Shown here: positions 48,644-60,784 of the stretch, in pieces
Numbering within the stretch: the stretch's first letter is position 1
Layout: the number at the start of each line of letters is the position of its first letter
Origin: Lachnospiraceae bacterium
GTDB taxonomy: Bacteria > Bacillota_I > Bacilli_A > RFN20 > CAG-826
Assembly: GCA_963643725.1 (NCBI GenBank)
Contig: CAVILR010000002.1
Location: 12,941 to 76,940, forward strand
DNA: 64,000 nt
Direction: 5' to 3'
The notes under the pieces: model-generated
The model's database searches: none
What the model was told of the DNA's origin: nothing
The model's input: the letters and a program-made list of their open reading frames with translations, nothing else
Position numbers and translations under genes: made by a program

Positions 48644-49369
48644 TTAATCTACATTTGGATAATAGATATTCACTCTATCATAATTTGCTTCGAATGATTC
48701 TATTTTGCCGCCTTCTTTAATCTCATAGGAATAAAGAAGATAATTATCGATAGAATAATAATAAGAAATATCATTTTTAGTTCCTTGCATCGTTAGATTG
48801 CTCTCACCTGCCGAAGAAAAATTAAAATTATTTAAGCCTTCTTCTTCGTCGCTATTAATAAAATTTTTCATTTCATTAATCGAGAATAACAAAACTGAAT
48901 TCAGCGAATTATTTAGTCTACTTATCGTCTCTTTCCACAATTTTTCATCATAATCGATGATAGACTTCGTATAAACAGGATTATTTTTGCTATCGCTCTC
49001 ACCATTTATTCGATTCACTGTATATATTTTTGTAACCTTAGAAGAATCTTGCTTTACATAATTCCATTGTTCATCAATTGAAAATGTATTGTTTTCCTCA
49101 TCGAGCAAGGTTAAGGTGTATGAACGAAAATAATTGTTAACGCCATCAAAGATAGTGTGTTGATAAAACACTCTATTTCCATTTACTTTTCTTTCCGATG
49201 TCGTCGTAAATTTTTGATAGGAGATTTCGTTATTTTCAAGTTTTGTATCAATGTTATTCAAAAAATCCATAGACTCGCTGTAAGACAAAGCAGAACCTTG
49301 ACATGAGCTAAGTAAAATAGAAGCAAATATTAAACTAATAAAATGTTTTTTATTCATTAACAAGTTCAA
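48644..49369 (-). CDS. Lipoprotein of unknown function
   Basis: Signal peptide with lipobox LSSC; 20-nt overlap with the tyrS 3' end. Confidence 0.5.
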   Translation of the reverse strand: MNLLMNKKHFISLIFASILLSSCQGSALSYSESMDFLNNIDTKLENNEISYQKFTTTSERKVNGNRVFYQHTIFDGVNNYFRSYTLTLLDEENNTFSIDEQWNYVKQDSSKVTKIYTVNRINGESDSKNNPVYTKSIIDYDEKLWKETISRLNNSLNSVLLFSINEMKNFINSDEEEGLNNFNFSSAGESNLTMQGTKNDISYYYSIDNYLLYSYEIKEGGKIESFEANYDRVNIYYPNVD

Positions 49370-50609
49370 CTAAATAATAATTTTTCTTCCCGCGTTTAAC
49401 GATGATGTATTTATTGAATAATGTATCGTTTTTGCTAATACGTTTATTTAAATCTGTTACCTTTTCGCCATTAAGTGAAACGGAATTACCCTTAATAAAC
49501 TCACGAGCTTCACGCTTGCTAGTTGCCCCTTTAATGGCAATTAATAAATCTTCTAAAAGCATTCCTTCAGGGACGTTAACTTTTAAATCGGCGAATAGTT
49601 CAAGAATATTTTGTTCGCTAAGCTCTTTAAATTCGCCCGAGAACAAAGCATTAGTCATATTCACCGCTTCATCAGCTTTTTCTTTTCCGTGAATCGTTGA
49701 AACAACCTCATAAGCTAAAGCTTTTTGAGCAATTCTCGCCCCTAAATGTTCATAATGATCTTTAATTATAGCTTCGATTTCATCGATAGATTTGAACGAA
49801 AAAATCTTTAAATATCGCGCAGCATCATCATCAGTTGAATTAATGAGAAATTGATATAGTTTATATGGCGAGACCAATTTGCTATCTAAATAAAGTGCTC
49901 CGCCTTCGCTTTTACCAAACTTTTTACCATTGCTATCAAGAAGTAAAGGAACGGTAAAGCAACCCGCTAGAGTGTCGTTACCTTCTTTTTTACGAATTAA
50001 TTCAAGTCCGCTGGTGAGATTGCCCCATTGATCACCGCCACCAATTTGAAGATGGCAGCCTTCGCTTTTATATAAATGCAAAAAGTCGATTGATTGAAGT
50101 ATCATGTAGGAGAATTCAGAATAAGAGACACCGCTTTGAAGTCTAGAGGCAACAATATCCTTTGATAACATATAATTCACCGGAAACAATTTTCCATAGT
50201 CGCGAAGATAATCTAAAACGCTAAGTTTAGATATCCAATCATAGTTATTGAGAATAATCCCCTTCTTAGGGTCAGTTAAATCGATAAATCTTTCTAATTG
50301 ATTCTTAATGCATTGCGTATTGTTATTCAAAGCATCTTTATCTAAGAAATTGCGTTCCTTCGATTTGCCACTAGGATCGCCGATCATTCCTGTAGCGCCA
50401 CCGACAACAGCGATGATACGATGACCAGCTTTTTGTAAGCGCATTAGCATCGAGATCATAACGAAATTACCTAAATGCATCGAAGAAGCACTAGGATCAA
50501 AACCACAATAAATTGTCTGAGGTGTGTCCAATAATTTACGAACCTCGTCCTCGTTAGAAAAGTCTTTGATTAAACCGCGATACTTTAATTCATCAACAAT
50601 GTTTTGCAT
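49350..50609 (-). CDS. tyrS: Tyrosyl-tRNA synthetase
   Basis: 419 aa with class I 'HLGN' (HIGH-like) and KFGKS motifs and a C-terminal S4 domain. There is no T-box: the SD AGGAG lies inside the last codons of the upstream LacI-family gene. Confidence 0.95.
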   Translation of the reverse strand: MQNIVDELKYRGLIKDFSNEDEVRKLLDTPQTIYCGFDPSASSMHLGNFVMISMLMRLQKAGHRIIAVVGGATGMIGDPSGKSKERNFLDKDALNNNTQCIKNQLERFIDLTDPKKGIILNNYDWISKLSVLDYLRDYGKLFPVNYMLSKDIVASRLQSGVSYSEFSYMILQSIDFLHLYKSEGCHLQIGGGDQWGNLTSGLELIRKKEGNDTLAGCFTVPLLLDSNGKKFGKSEGGALYLDSKLVSPYKLYQFLINSTDDDAARYLKIFSFKSIDEIEAIIKDHYEHLGARIAQKALAYEVVSTIHGKEKADEAVNMTNALFSGEFKELSEQNILELFADLKVNVPEGMLLEDLLIAIKGATSKREAREFIKGNSVSLNGEKVTDLNKRISKNDTLFNKYIIVKRGKKNYYLVELVNE

Positions 50610-50612
50610 ATT

Positions 50613-51614
50613 TTACTCCTTAGTCGATTGACGTTTGATGTAAGTTGATTCAAATTTGTACGTTTTTGTCGATAAAACATTATTAGATAAATCGACGAGC
50701 ATATACATCGCTCTTTTGCCGACTTCTTGCATATCGATATGCATCGATGTAAGAGTCGGTCTTGTAATGTTAGCATATTTTGTTCCAATTAAGGAAATAA
50801 CCTCAACATCCTCAGGTACATTTAATCCGCTATCGGTGGCAGCATTAACAATCGCCGCAGCGATAGAATCACGATAGGCGATGAAATAACCACGATTATG
50901 ATTTTTAAAATATTCCTTGAAATCTTCATAGGTTCTCGTATAAGAATCATCGACGTTCATGATTTTATAATCAACATTTGCATTTTCACAAACGCGCACA
51001 AAAGCTTTTTCGGTTCTTGCTAAAAGGCGTCCGCAGTTATGAACGTGCAAAAATATTGGTTTCTTATCACTTTTTGTCGCAAAATGCCTTTCCAATATAT
51101 TCATCAAATTGTGTTCATATCCAAAGATGATACAACCGCTTCTTTCACCTTCGACTTTGTTATTGATGACAACAGTCGGGACGCAATACGATGATAATTT
51201 AGCGACATCATCTTCATCGAGTTCATCATCGAAAATTATTGCTCCATCGACGTGGCTGGTAATGACTTTATCGAGCATATTTAATGCATCTTCACGCGAA
51301 TGAGCGGTGACAAATAAAGAAAGAATAAACCCTTTTTCCTTAGCGACCTCAGTAATACCATTGAGCATATTAGAAATATAAACATAATTGGCTGAAGGGA
51401 TTACAACTCCAATATTAGTCGATTTGTTTTTCGCTAAAGCCTGTGCTAGTCCACTAGGTTTATAACCAAGTCTAGCGATTGTTGCTTCTACCTTAGCTTT
51501 AGTTTCTGGAGTTACATTGCTTTGGTTGTTAATAACGCGGCTAACAGTAGCTAGTGAAACTCCGCTCGCTTTTGCAACCTCATAAATAGTTACACGGTCT
51601 TTAAGATTATCCAT
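50613..51614 (-). CDS. ccpA: LacI-family transcriptional regulator, CcpA-like
   Basis: 333 aa from the internal Met (MDNLKDRVTIYEVAKASGVSLATVSRVIN, HTH) with a periplasmic-binding-protein-like domain; strong SD GGAAGAGAGG before that ATG. Confidence 0.7.
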   Translation of the reverse strand: MDNLKDRVTIYEVAKASGVSLATVSRVINNQSNVTPETKAKVEATIARLGYKPSGLAQALAKNKSTNIGVVIPSANYVYISNMLNGITEVAKEKGFILSLFVTAHSREDALNMLDKVITSHVDGAIIFDDELDEDDVAKLSSYCVPTVVINNKVEGERSGCIIFGYEHNLMNILERHFATKSDKKPIFLHVHNCGRLLARTEKAFVRVCENANVDYKIMNVDDSYTRTYEDFKEYFKNHNRGYFIAYRDSIAAAIVNAATDSGLNVPEDVEVISLIGTKYANITRPTLTSMHIDMQEVGKRAMYMLVDLSNNVLSTKTYKFESTYIKRQSTKE

Positions 51615-51719
51615 AATAAGAACCTCTCTTCCTGTTTCATTATAAATGAAAATCTTTTCATAAACAAGCCACAAAAAAGAGGAGAAAAAATCAAATGTTG
51701 ATATAATAATATCAAAAAA

Positions 51720-53093
51720 TTAATATATGGGATATGAAACTTTTTTCAAGCGTTTATTCTCGATATTGTGGCGGCCTTCTTTTGCCTCGTTTTTGCCATC
51801 GAGCATAACTAAATCACCAGTGAAACCAACAGTCATATTATTAACAAACGCTGTACCAACACCATAAGTGTCAACAGGAACATCAAGCTCTACCCATTCT
51901 TTTATTTTTTCGGCTGTAAAAGAAGAGGAGACGATGATTTTTACATAATCAAAACCATTTTTATCTAATTCTTCACGCAATGCGAATATCAATTCTTTAC
52001 AAACGCCATGTGGATCAAATCCGGATGTGTCCTTATCATCGAAATAATGATCGATTAATGATTTAGAGGTATCGACGCGCACCGCCCTAAGATTTCTTCC
52101 TAAATGTTTTGCTAATTTTAATGAATCCCTTACAACGTCGTTGTTGTAGTCAATAAGCGCGGTAACAGGTTCATTTGGGAAGGCCTTACGATATAAATCA
52201 CTAGCTTTTAAGATATCTCCACCACAAATTTGAATGAGCGCATGAGGCATCGTGCCAACTCCATGTCCGCCCCACCATAGTCCTTGCGCATCAGTAGATA
52301 CTTTTCTAATTCCGGCAACATAAGTTGCATAGCCATCACCAATTTGAGTGTTATATTCATCCTGGCGGTCAGCCATGGAAAAAATATCTTTCCCATTCAA
52401 CACCTTCATAACGCGATATACATTCGTGGCGACACTACTTCTTCTAGCTAAAATGCCATCGATCATGCTTTCTAAAAAACCAAAGTCTTCATATTTACCA
52501 GTCACTTTTAACACAGGTTCATTTGCGTCTATTAAATCTCCATCATCAAGCGCTTCAATAAGCAAGTTTTCAGGGTGATGAGCAAAGGTGTGCACAAGTG
52601 CAATTGCTTCATCAACTCCGCAAAGCATGGCATCATCAGTTCGCTGAAACCATTGCATAGTGACGATATGATTTGGTAGGTATTCTGCCACGATTTTATG
52701 ACTTTTAATAAAATAATTCGCAGCAAAAAAGCCATCTTTTAAACGAGGATCAAAATTGAATGTCCGATTGGTAAGACGACTTATTTTATGAGCTTCTTTA
52801 GCTTTAATTTCTAGTTCCATAGTTTTCCTTTCCTCTAACGGTTTAAAGTCAGCATTAACTAAGATATGATTAATTAAATTAAATAATGGAATCGGTAGTT
52901 CTTCTAATTCACCATCAGCAAAAATTTTAGCAATTTGAGAGAAATTACAAATTCTATAATTTAGTAATATCTCATCATGGTAATTAGCGATGACATTGTT
53001 ATGAATGATATCGCGATTAGCCAATAAGTTATCACTAAATATTATTCGAAGTTCATCGCCATATAATTTACGATTATAAAATACTTTATACAT
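51720..53093 (-). CDS. Nicotinate/nicotinamide phosphoribosyltransferase-family protein (type II PRTase)
   Basis: 457 aa with a GTMPHA-type motif and overall size and architecture of the NAPRTase family. The N-terminus is atypical, so the assignment is tentative. Confidence 0.4.
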   Translation of the reverse strand: MYKVFYNRKLYGDELRIIFSDNLLANRDIIHNNVIANYHDEILLNYRICNFSQIAKIFADGELEELPIPLFNLINHILVNADFKPLEERKTMELEIKAKEAHKISRLTNRTFNFDPRLKDGFFAANYFIKSHKIVAEYLPNHIVTMQWFQRTDDAMLCGVDEAIALVHTFAHHPENLLIEALDDGDLIDANEPVLKVTGKYEDFGFLESMIDGILARRSSVATNVYRVMKVLNGKDIFSMADRQDEYNTQIGDGYATYVAGIRKVSTDAQGLWWGGHGVGTMPHALIQICGGDILKASDLYRKAFPNEPVTALIDYNNDVVRDSLKLAKHLGRNLRAVRVDTSKSLIDHYFDDKDTSGFDPHGVCKELIFALREELDKNGFDYVKIIVSSSFTAEKIKEWVELDVPVDTYGVGTAFVNNMTVGFTGDLVMLDGKNEAKEGRHNIENKRLKKVSYPIY

Positions 53094-53094
53094 T

Positions 53095-53709
53095 TTATTT
53101 TTTGGCTACGATGCGATATATAGGCATCCCAATGTTGCGAAACTTCTTTTCGTATTCAGTTTGAACATCATTATATTCATCAAAATCATAATTATCATCG
53201 ACCAATTCGATATTAAATTTAGTTTTCTTCAATTCTTCAACGCTGAAAAGAAATAATCCTTGATTATCGCTTTTAAAATATAGATGTCCACCATCTTTAA
53301 GCAATCGATAATAAGATTCGAGGAATGTGATAAATGTCAGTCGACGTTTTGCGTGTTTTTTCTTGGGCCACGGGTCAACGAAATTGAGATAAATTGCATC
53401 TAAGGATTTTTCAGGCATTTGTTCAAATATTATCTTCGCATCAAATGGAAAAATTAAAACATTAGTAATTTCTGCATCTTTGAGTTTTTTTGCCATCATA
53501 CCAGCGACTGTTTCAACTCGCTCTACTGCGATGAAATTCTCTTCTGGATGTAGTTGTGAAAAACTGAGCATAAAATCACCTTTTCCAGAGCCAATTTCCA
53601 TAGATAAATTCTTTTGAAAATAAGGCAAAGAAAAATCAATTTTATCGATAACAATCTCGTTATGTTCTTTTAAATAATCAACGGCCCATTGTTTAAATTT
53701 AGTTCTCAT
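53095..53709 (-). CDS. trmB: tRNA (guanine46-N7)-methyltransferase
   Basis: 204 aa containing LEIGSGKGDF and NFVDPWPKKKH. Confidence 0.9.
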   Translation of the reverse strand: MRTKFKQWAVDYLKEHNEIVIDKIDFSLPYFQKNLSMEIGSGKGDFMLSFSQLHPEENFIAVERVETVAGMMAKKLKDAEITNVLIFPFDAKIIFEQMPEKSLDAIYLNFVDPWPKKKHAKRRLTFITFLESYYRLLKDGGHLYFKSDNQGLFLFSVEELKKTKFNIELVDDNYDFDEYNDVQTEYEKKFRNIGMPIYRIVAKK

Positions 53710-55043
53710 TATAAGTCACCTAATAATTTAATCGCATGAGCGTATATAACAGAGGACATAAAGAAATCATCTAAATCAATATATTCATCGGGTTCGTGCA
53801 TAGTCGATACCGCATGAGGAAAAAGCGCGCCAAAAGCAACTGTGTTAGGCGCATGTTTTGCATACGTTCCCCCGCCGGTAGTTAAAGGTTTAGACAAATC
53901 ATTTGTTTCTAAGCGATACGCTTTTAGTAACGTCTTAACTAATGGACATTTAGGATCGTAGAGTAGAACTTTAGAAACTCCAGTTTTCATCGATGATTTT
54001 GTCTTAAAAAATGCATCAAATTTCTTCATAAAATCGCTTGGATCAACTTTTTCGTTATAACGGAAATTAACAGTAAATGATAATTTATTGTTTTCATAGT
54101 CGATTATACCGACGCAATAAGTTGTATCTCCTAATAATTTTGAATGCGAGTATCCGTCAAAACTCTTTCCGCTTGTATCCATTAATTTTTCACCGAGAGT
54201 AGCAACATTATCGATATGATAAAAATCACCAATCTCTTTTAAAGCGATAAGCGCGGCATTAACTCCGAGCTCAGGAGTGCTTCCGTGAACTGCTTTCCCA
54301 ACAAAGGTTAAACCATCATCCTCGATGGTGAAATTAATCTTTTTATCTTGAAGGAATTTAATGAACTCATCATCTTTATCCATCACGACCTTTACTTTAT
54401 CGCAGGTCGCATTCGTTGCAACCCCACCTCTAATGCTTTTAATTTTTCCGAGGTTTACATCTAAAGATGTATAGAAATCGGTAATACCTTTTTCTCCATA
54501 AATTAGAGGAAAATCGCTGTCTGGAGTAAATCCATAAGTTGGTGCTTCCTTTTTTAAATCATCAAAATAGTGAATTAAACATTTTGAACCTCTTTCTTCA
54601 TCGCCTCCGACAACGATTCTTACCCGATAATCGCGTAACAATCCATTATCGCGAAGTGCCTTAACGGCAAAAAAGGCGGCAATTAGAGGGCCTTTGTCAT
54701 CACTACTTCCGCGCGCGTATAACTTATTCTTTTTTATAATAGGCGTAAAAGGGTCGTTTGACCATTTGCCAGTCGCTGGCACGACATCGGCGTGGGCGAA
54801 GATGCCGATAAGTTTATCACCTTCTCCTATAGTTAATTCGGTGGCGTAGCCATCGCAATAATCGACATCAAAGCCATATCGCTCGCCAAGTTCGCCAACA
54901 AATTTCAATGCATCGTCAACACTTTTGCCAAACGGTTTAGTTTTATCATCACTTTCTTCATAAACTGAAGGAATAATTAAAAATCTTTTCAATGCATCGA
55001 GCATATCGCTTCGATATTGCTTCATCAACGAATAATAATTCAT
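53709..55043 (-). CDS. pepV: M20A-family dipeptidase (PepV/Sapep-like)
   Basis: 444 aa with the motifs HADVVP and SSDDKGP. Confidence 0.8.
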   Translation of the reverse strand: MNYYSLMKQYRSDMLDALKRFLIIPSVYEESDDKTKPFGKSVDDALKFVGELGERYGFDVDYCDGYATELTIGEGDKLIGIFAHADVVPATGKWSNDPFTPIIKKNKLYARGSSDDKGPLIAAFFAVKALRDNGLLRDYRVRIVVGGDEERGSKCLIHYFDDLKKEAPTYGFTPDSDFPLIYGEKGITDFYTSLDVNLGKIKSIRGGVATNATCDKVKVVMDKDDEFIKFLQDKKINFTIEDDGLTFVGKAVHGSTPELGVNAALIALKEIGDFYHIDNVATLGEKLMDTSGKSFDGYSHSKLLGDTTYCVGIIDYENNKLSFTVNFRYNEKVDPSDFMKKFDAFFKTKSSMKTGVSKVLLYDPKCPLVKTLLKAYRLETNDLSKPLTTGGGTYAKHAPNTVAFGALFPHAVSTMHEPDEYIDLDDFFMSSVIYAHAIKLLGDL

Positions 55044-55052
55044 AACGTAACC

Positions 55053-55835
55053 TCAATTCTGACAATAAATATAATATAGCCCTTCAAGAACTAAATTCTC
55101 ATCAATAATAAAATCGCGAATAGTTCCTTTAAATAATTGGGCACTGCCACCAGTTAATATCTTTTTTAAAGGATAGCCAATTTCCTGTTCGATCTTCCTT
55201 GAATATTCCTCAACCAGCGATAATGTACCGTAAAACACACCGCTTTCTAATGCTTCCAATGTATTGTTGCCAAGCAATTTTTTCGGTTTATTTTTAAGTT
55301 CGACTGCAGGAAGAAGCGCTGTCTTTTCTCTCATCGCTTCAATAGTGCCTTGCACGCCGATAAAAAATGAGGTTCCAATAAAAACACCATTTTTATCGAC
55401 AACCATGACCTTGCTAATCGTTCCTAAATCAAAAATTAATGAAGGATATCCATATTTTTTATTCGCTGCGACGACATCGCAAATTAAATCGCCACCCACT
55501 TCTTTAGGATTATCGACACGAATCTTTAAATCCTTGAAAAAGGTATAATTCATCTTAGGAATATCAATATTAAAGACTTCGGAAATGCCTCTTTGAACAC
55601 CGTGAGTAAAAGAAGGAACAACACTAGAAATTAATCCGCCCATAATGTCCTTTTCGTTTATATGGTGTTTTTCTTTAAATTGTTTTAAAGGCGTTCTAAT
55701 GTCCGCAACGCCCATAATAGTCGAAGGGACATCTAGTCTTAAATCTAAAATGCCGTTTTTAAAAAATCCAAAGGAAATATAGGTGTTTCCAATATCCACC
55801 ATTAAAGCTAGATTGTTCATATTATATAGCGACAA
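55053..55835 (-). CDS. coaX: Type III pantothenate kinase
   Basis: 260 aa beginning [10 protein letters not shown] (ASKHA N-terminus) with the Bvg-accessory-factor-family fold. Confidence 0.8.
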   Translation of the reverse strand: MSLYNMNNLALMVDIGNTYISFGFFKNGILDLRLDVPSTIMGVADIRTPLKQFKEKHHINEKDIMGGLISSVVPSFTHGVQRGISEVFNIDIPKMNYTFFKDLKIRVDNPKEVGGDLICDVVAANKKYGYPSLIFDLGTISKVMVVDKNGVFIGTSFFIGVQGTIEAMREKTALLPAVELKNKPKKLLGNNTLEALESGVFYGTLSLVEEYSRKIEQEIGYPLKKILTGGSAQLFKGTIRDFIIDENLVLEGLYYIYCQN

Positions 55836-58224
55836 TGTTAACTATTTTTCCTTTCACAACAATAATACGTTTTATAGATTTCCCATCAATATGACGTTTA
55901 ATCGCTTCTAAGTTGAGAGCCAGCTTTTCAAGTTCGGCATCAGTTATATTCTTATCGACCTCTAACGTCGCTCTTGGCTTTCCGTTGACAGAAACAGCGA
56001 TTTTTACAGTATCTAACGATAGACATGATTCGTTATATAAAGGCCATTTTTCATAATCGAGAAGATGCTTACCCGTTAATGATTCAAATATTTCCTCGCT
56101 TACAAAAGGGCATACACAAGAGAACATCTTAATAAAACCTTCCATATATGGTTTATATAAGCTCTCAGCCTTATACATCGCATTAACACAAATCATCATC
56201 TGGGCAATGGCTGTATTAATTTGTAAGCATTCAAAATCGTTAGTGACTTTTTTGACTGTGGCATTGTATGCATAATCGAGTTCGTGCGAATTTGTATCGC
56301 TAAACTTCGCCTTAAATTCATCGCTAGTGTATAAGCGATAGACGCGTTCAATAAATCTTCGCGCCCCGGCGATGCCTTTTGTCGACCATGGGAAAGATTC
56401 CTCTAATGGCCCAGCAAACATTTCGAATAATCTAAGAGAATCGGCACCATAATTTTCGACGATATCATCAGGGTTGACAACGTTGCCACGCGATTTTGAC
56501 ATCTTTTCACCATTTTCGCCAAGAATCATTCCTTGATGGAATAATTTTTGATAAGGTTCTTTGCAAAATACATAACCTTTGTCATATAAAAATTTATGCC
56601 AAAAACGCGAATAAAGTAAATGCAATACAGCGTGTTCAGCTCCGCCGATATATAAGTCGACTGGAAGCCAATGTTTAATTAATTTTGGGTCGGCAAAACA
56701 ATCGTTATTTTTTGGATCGAGATAGCGAATATAATACCAACAAGAACCCGCCCATTGAGGCATGGTGTTTGTTTCTCTGACCCCGTGTTTACCATTTATG
56801 GTAACGTTTACCCAATTCGTTGCATTTTTAAGTGGAGAATGTCCGTCGCCTGATGGAGCATATTTATCAAGAACAGGAAGCGTTAATGGCAACTCACTCT
56901 TATCTAAAACATACGTTGACCCATCATCCATATAAACTACAGGAATTGGATCGCCCCAATAACGTTGGCGAGAAAAAATCCAATCGCGTAATCGATAATT
57001 GACCTTTTCCTTGCCGGCGCCTAATTGAATTAATTTATTTAAAATTGCCTTTTTAGCGTCGGCGATATTTAAACCATTAGCAAAATCGCTATTGATGTGT
57101 TTGGCATCTTTAACCATTGCTTCTTTCGAAATATCACCTTCAAGAACTTGAATCATTTCTAAATTATGCTTTTTTGCAAATTCATAATCGCGTTCATCGT
57201 GAGCAGGAACCGCCATAACAGCACCGCTTCCATAGCCATATAAAACATAGTCGGCGATAAAGATAGGAATGCGCTTATTGTTAATTGGATTAATAGCGTA
57301 TGCGCCAATAAAAACACCGCTTTTTTCCTTATTGAGTTCAGTGCGTTCCATATCAGATTTATTTTTAATTTTTTCGATGTATTCAAGAACTTTTGGCGTT
57401 TCCTCTTTGCTGGCAAGTTCTTGAACTAAAGGATGCTCAGGAGCTAAACAACAATACGTGCAGCCAAACAATGTATCGACGCGAGTCGTAAATACCGTAA
57501 ATGTTTTGTCGCTATTTTCAACCTTAAAAACAACCTCGGCACCAGAACTTTTACCAATCCAATTTTCTTGCATCGTCAAAGTCGATTTCGGCCAATCTAG
57601 AGAAGATAGACCATCGAGTAACTTATCTGCATATTTAGTAATGCTAAGCACCCATTGACGCATCGGCATTTTAATAACAGGATAGCCGCCGCGTTCACTT
57701 TTGCCATCGATGACTTCCTCGTTTGCCAAAACCGTCCCTAATTCAGGGCAATAATTGACGGCGATGTCGCTAACATAGGCTAAATCACTTTTATACAATT
57801 CAGTAAATATCCACTGCGTCCATTTATAAAAACTCGGGTCAGACGTGGCAATTTCTTTGCTCCAATCATAAGAAAAACCAAGCGAGTTAATTTGGCGTTT
57901 AAAATTGGCGATATTCGCCTGAGTGAATTCATCGGGATGACGATTATTTTTAATCGCGAATTGTTCAGCTGGTAAGCCAAAAGAATCCCAACCCATCGGA
58001 TGAAGGACATTAAAACCCATCATTCGTTTCATACGCGCGATAACATCGGTCGCAGTATAACCTTCAGGGTGACCGACATGTAAACCTTGTCCGCTAGGAT
58101 AAGGGAACATATCTAAGACGTAATATTTCGGTTTTGAAAAATCATAAACATTACAATAAAACGGTTTTTCATCCTCATATATCTTTTTCCATTTGTTTTC
58201 AATTTTCTTGTGATCGTAAATCAT
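55822..58224 (-). CDS. leuS: Leucyl-tRNA synthetase
   Basis: 800 aa with HVGH (HIGH) and KMSKS motifs. Its ATG overlaps the glgA stop in an ATGA, and there is no leader or T-box. Confidence 0.95.
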   Translation of the reverse strand: MIYDHKKIENKWKKIYEDEKPFYCNVYDFSKPKYYVLDMFPYPSGQGLHVGHPEGYTATDVIARMKRMMGFNVLHPMGWDSFGLPAEQFAIKNNRHPDEFTQANIANFKRQINSLGFSYDWSKEIATSDPSFYKWTQWIFTELYKSDLAYVSDIAVNYCPELGTVLANEEVIDGKSERGGYPVIKMPMRQWVLSITKYADKLLDGLSSLDWPKSTLTMQENWIGKSSGAEVVFKVENSDKTFTVFTTRVDTLFGCTYCCLAPEHPLVQELASKEETPKVLEYIEKIKNKSDMERTELNKEKSGVFIGAYAINPINNKRIPIFIADYVLYGYGSGAVMAVPAHDERDYEFAKKHNLEMIQVLEGDISKEAMVKDAKHINSDFANGLNIADAKKAILNKLIQLGAGKEKVNYRLRDWIFSRQRYWGDPIPVVYMDDGSTYVLDKSELPLTLPVLDKYAPSGDGHSPLKNATNWVNVTINGKHGVRETNTMPQWAGSCWYYIRYLDPKNNDCFADPKLIKHWLPVDLYIGGAEHAVLHLLYSRFWHKFLYDKGYVFCKEPYQKLFHQGMILGENGEKMSKSRGNVVNPDDIVENYGADSLRLFEMFAGPLEESFPWSTKGIAGARRFIERVYRLYTSDEFKAKFSDTNSHELDYAYNATVKKVTNDFECLQINTAIAQMMICVNAMYKAESLYKPYMEGFIKMFSCVCPFVSEEIFESLTGKHLLDYEKWPLYNESCLSLDTVKIAVSVNGKPRATLEVDKNITDAELEKLALNLEAIKRHIDGKSIKRIIVVKGKIVNIVAI

Positions 58225-59657
58225 TTTTTAATCGCCTCTTTATAAATATTAATGTATTTATTCATGGACTTATCCCATCCTAGGTCTAAGTTCAATAAAT
58301 TGATTCTAAGTTTATTAAATACTTCTTTATCCTGGTAAATCGCCAACGCTTTATTAATTGCTTCGCCTAACGCATAACCAGAATAATCATCAAATCTTAT
58401 TCCGCTCGCCTCATTTAAGTTAGTTCCATCATAACTAATTACGGTGTCAACAAGCCCACCGGTTGAGCGCACAATTGGCAATGTCGCATATCGTTGAGCG
58501 ATGAGCTGACCTATGCCACACGGTTCAAAAAGTGAAGGCATTAAGAAGTAGTCGCTTCCCCCATAAATTTTATGAGCGAGCATATCATTATATCCTATAT
58601 ACAGCCCGATTTTATCGGGAAATTTATCTCTAAACATTTGAAAAGTGTTTTCAAGTTCTTTTTCGCCACTACCTAGGATGAATAAAGATGCGCCATTATT
58701 AATCAAATGTTCGATGTTATCAAAGATAAGATTAATACCTTTTTGATATGTTAATCGAGACACTAAGCCAAACGCCGGCCCATCATTAAAAGGCAAATGA
58801 AAGCATTCGAATAAATCTTTCTTATCAATCTTTTTCTTTGAAGTGCAATTATTCTTAGAAAATTGTGCTTTAAGCGTTTTGTCAGTCGATGGATTAAATT
58901 CATCAACATCTAATCCGTTAACGATACCAACAAAGTCGTATTCTCGAAGTCGAAGAACACAATCTAAACCTTGAGAAAAACGAGAATCGAGCAATTCGTT
59001 TCTATGAGTGGGTGAAACAGTTGTAATTTTATCCGCATAGACAATCGCCGATTTTAGTGACGATACCATATTTTCAAAACGGACTTTGCCATTATAAAAA
59101 AGATCATCACTTAAATTGTAATAATTAGCTAAGAAATATTTATCCATAATGCCTTTAAAAGCAGGATTATGTATAGTTAACACAGTTCGTGTATCTTTAA
59201 AAAATGAATCGAAGCAATATTTTTCCTTAAGTAAGCAAGGAATCATCCCTCCTTGCCAATCGTGAATATGAACGATATCCGCTTGAAAGGAAATGTATTT
59301 TAATAATTCGATCGCAGCGATTGAAAAATAAGCAAATCTCTCGTTATCATCATCATAGCCATATAAACCTTCGCGATTAAAATAATATTCGTTATCAATT
59401 AAATAATAATCGATTCCGTCGATAACGCATTTAAACACGCCAACATATTGATGACGCCAAGACATATCGACATAATAGTAGCCCAAATATTGATAATTAT
59501 ATTTTTGCTTATTTTTAACGCTTTTATAAAAAGGTAAAACAATAATTGCTTTATATGAACTCTTATTAAGTTCGCGGCTTAAAGAATAAGAAACATCGGC
59601 GAGGCCACCACTTTTGCAAAGGGGATTAGCTTCGCTAACAATCATCGCTATTTTCAT
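58221..59657 (-). CDS. glgA: Glycogen synthase (ADP-glucose type, GT5)
   Basis: 478 aa with the N-terminal KSGGLADV motif. Confidence 0.9.
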   Translation of the reverse strand: MKIAMIVSEANPLCKSGGLADVSYSLSRELNKSSYKAIIVLPFYKSVKNKQKYNYQYLGYYYVDMSWRHQYVGVFKCVIDGIDYYLIDNEYYFNREGLYGYDDDNERFAYFSIAAIELLKYISFQADIVHIHDWQGGMIPCLLKEKYCFDSFFKDTRTVLTIHNPAFKGIMDKYFLANYYNLSDDLFYNGKVRFENMVSSLKSAIVYADKITTVSPTHRNELLDSRFSQGLDCVLRLREYDFVGIVNGLDVDEFNPSTDKTLKAQFSKNNCTSKKKIDKKDLFECFHLPFNDGPAFGLVSRLTYQKGINLIFDNIEHLINNGASLFILGSGEKELENTFQMFRDKFPDKIGLYIGYNDMLAHKIYGGSDYFLMPSLFEPCGIGQLIAQRYATLPIVRSTGGLVDTVISYDGTNLNEASGIRFDDYSGYALGEAINKALAIYQDKEVFNKLRINLLNLDLGWDKSMNKYINIYKEAIKK

Positions 59658-60784
59658 TTAATTAAAGTTCCTTGTTCTAGATAAATTGGATTATTTTCGC
59701 TACCATCGACGACACCATTAGAAGCAATATGAGAATATTTATCAATAACGGCATTAATAACTTTTGCTCCTGGATCGATATAAGTTCCGGTTAAAATGAT
59801 GGAATTTTTCACCACTGCGCCTTTACCGATTGTAACATATCGAGAAATAATCGAATTCTCAACAGTCCCTTCAACAACTGCTCCGTTTGCGACAAATGAA
59901 TTTTTGACTTTCGCTTTATCGCTATAAATTGTTGGAGGAGTGTTATGCGTCAATGTGTAAATTGGCCATTCTTTATCTTGTGCCTTGCCAAATAATGTTT
60001 TAAAGACATCATAATCAAGAAGTTCAAAAGAATAATCGACAAAATGTTTAAATGAATCAAAGCATCTCGCATAACCTTTATATTCATAACCGTAAACTTT
60101 AATAGTCTTACTAATAACAAATTTTTCAATAACCCGTTTAAGCGATTTAAGTTCCATTAATTCCTTGCTATGAAGAATCATTTGTAAAGTGCTTTGAGAA
60201 ATGATGTAGGATTCAAGCGAAACATTAGCATTCTTCACAGTTTTATTATTTTTCTTATACGAGGTAACAAGACCGTCTTTAATCTTGACTAAGTTACTCG
60301 TTGAAAATGTTGTATCCGCCTCTTCAATCATAGAATAGACAAGGGTAATATCAGCTTCAGTTTCAAAATGTTGTTCGATAACAGGTCTTAAATCGAGTTG
60401 AGTGATAATATGCGTTGGCAAAATGACGACAGCGTCAGCCTTTTCATCAAAAAGCACCCAGTCGTTTTCTAATAAGCAATTTAAGTCAGTGTTATATTTT
60501 GGAGAGCGAATCCCCTTTTCGTTAAGAAGAATATTTTGCATCTCACGTTTTGTATTATTAACCCATGTTTTTAATGAACCGACATGCTTTGAAACACTTC
60601 GAAAATTATCTTTAACTAAGATGTTGATACCATCAATTCCTGAATTAGTGAAACAAGAAAGTGGAAAATCCATCAAAGCAAATCTGCCTAAAAAAGAAGT
60701 AGAACCTAATGTTCTTTTTTCAGTTAGAGGACCGAGATTAGGTGAATTGTAAAGATTTAAAAAACCGATAACTTTTTTACTCAT
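59654..60784 (-). CDS. glgD: Glucose-1-phosphate adenylyltransferase regulatory subunit GlgD
   Basis: GlgC paralogue with a degenerate N-terminal nucleotide-binding motif and a C-terminal LbH domain. I place the start at the internal Met (MSKKVIGFLNLY, 60784), giving an 8-nt overlap with glgC. Confidence 0.75.
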   Translation of the reverse strand: MSKKVIGFLNLYNSPNLGPLTEKRTLGSTSFLGRFALMDFPLSCFTNSGIDGINILVKDNFRSVSKHVGSLKTWVNNTKREMQNILLNEKGIRSPKYNTDLNCLLENDWVLFDEKADAVVILPTHIITQLDLRPVIEQHFETEADITLVYSMIEEADTTFSTSNLVKIKDGLVTSYKKNNKTVKNANVSLESYIISQSTLQMILHSKELMELKSLKRVIEKFVISKTIKVYGYEYKGYARCFDSFKHFVDYSFELLDYDVFKTLFGKAQDKEWPIYTLTHNTPPTIYSDKAKVKNSFVANGAVVEGTVENSIISRYVTIGKGAVVKNSIILTGTYIDPGAKVINAVIDKYSHIASNGVVDGSENNPIYLEQGTLIK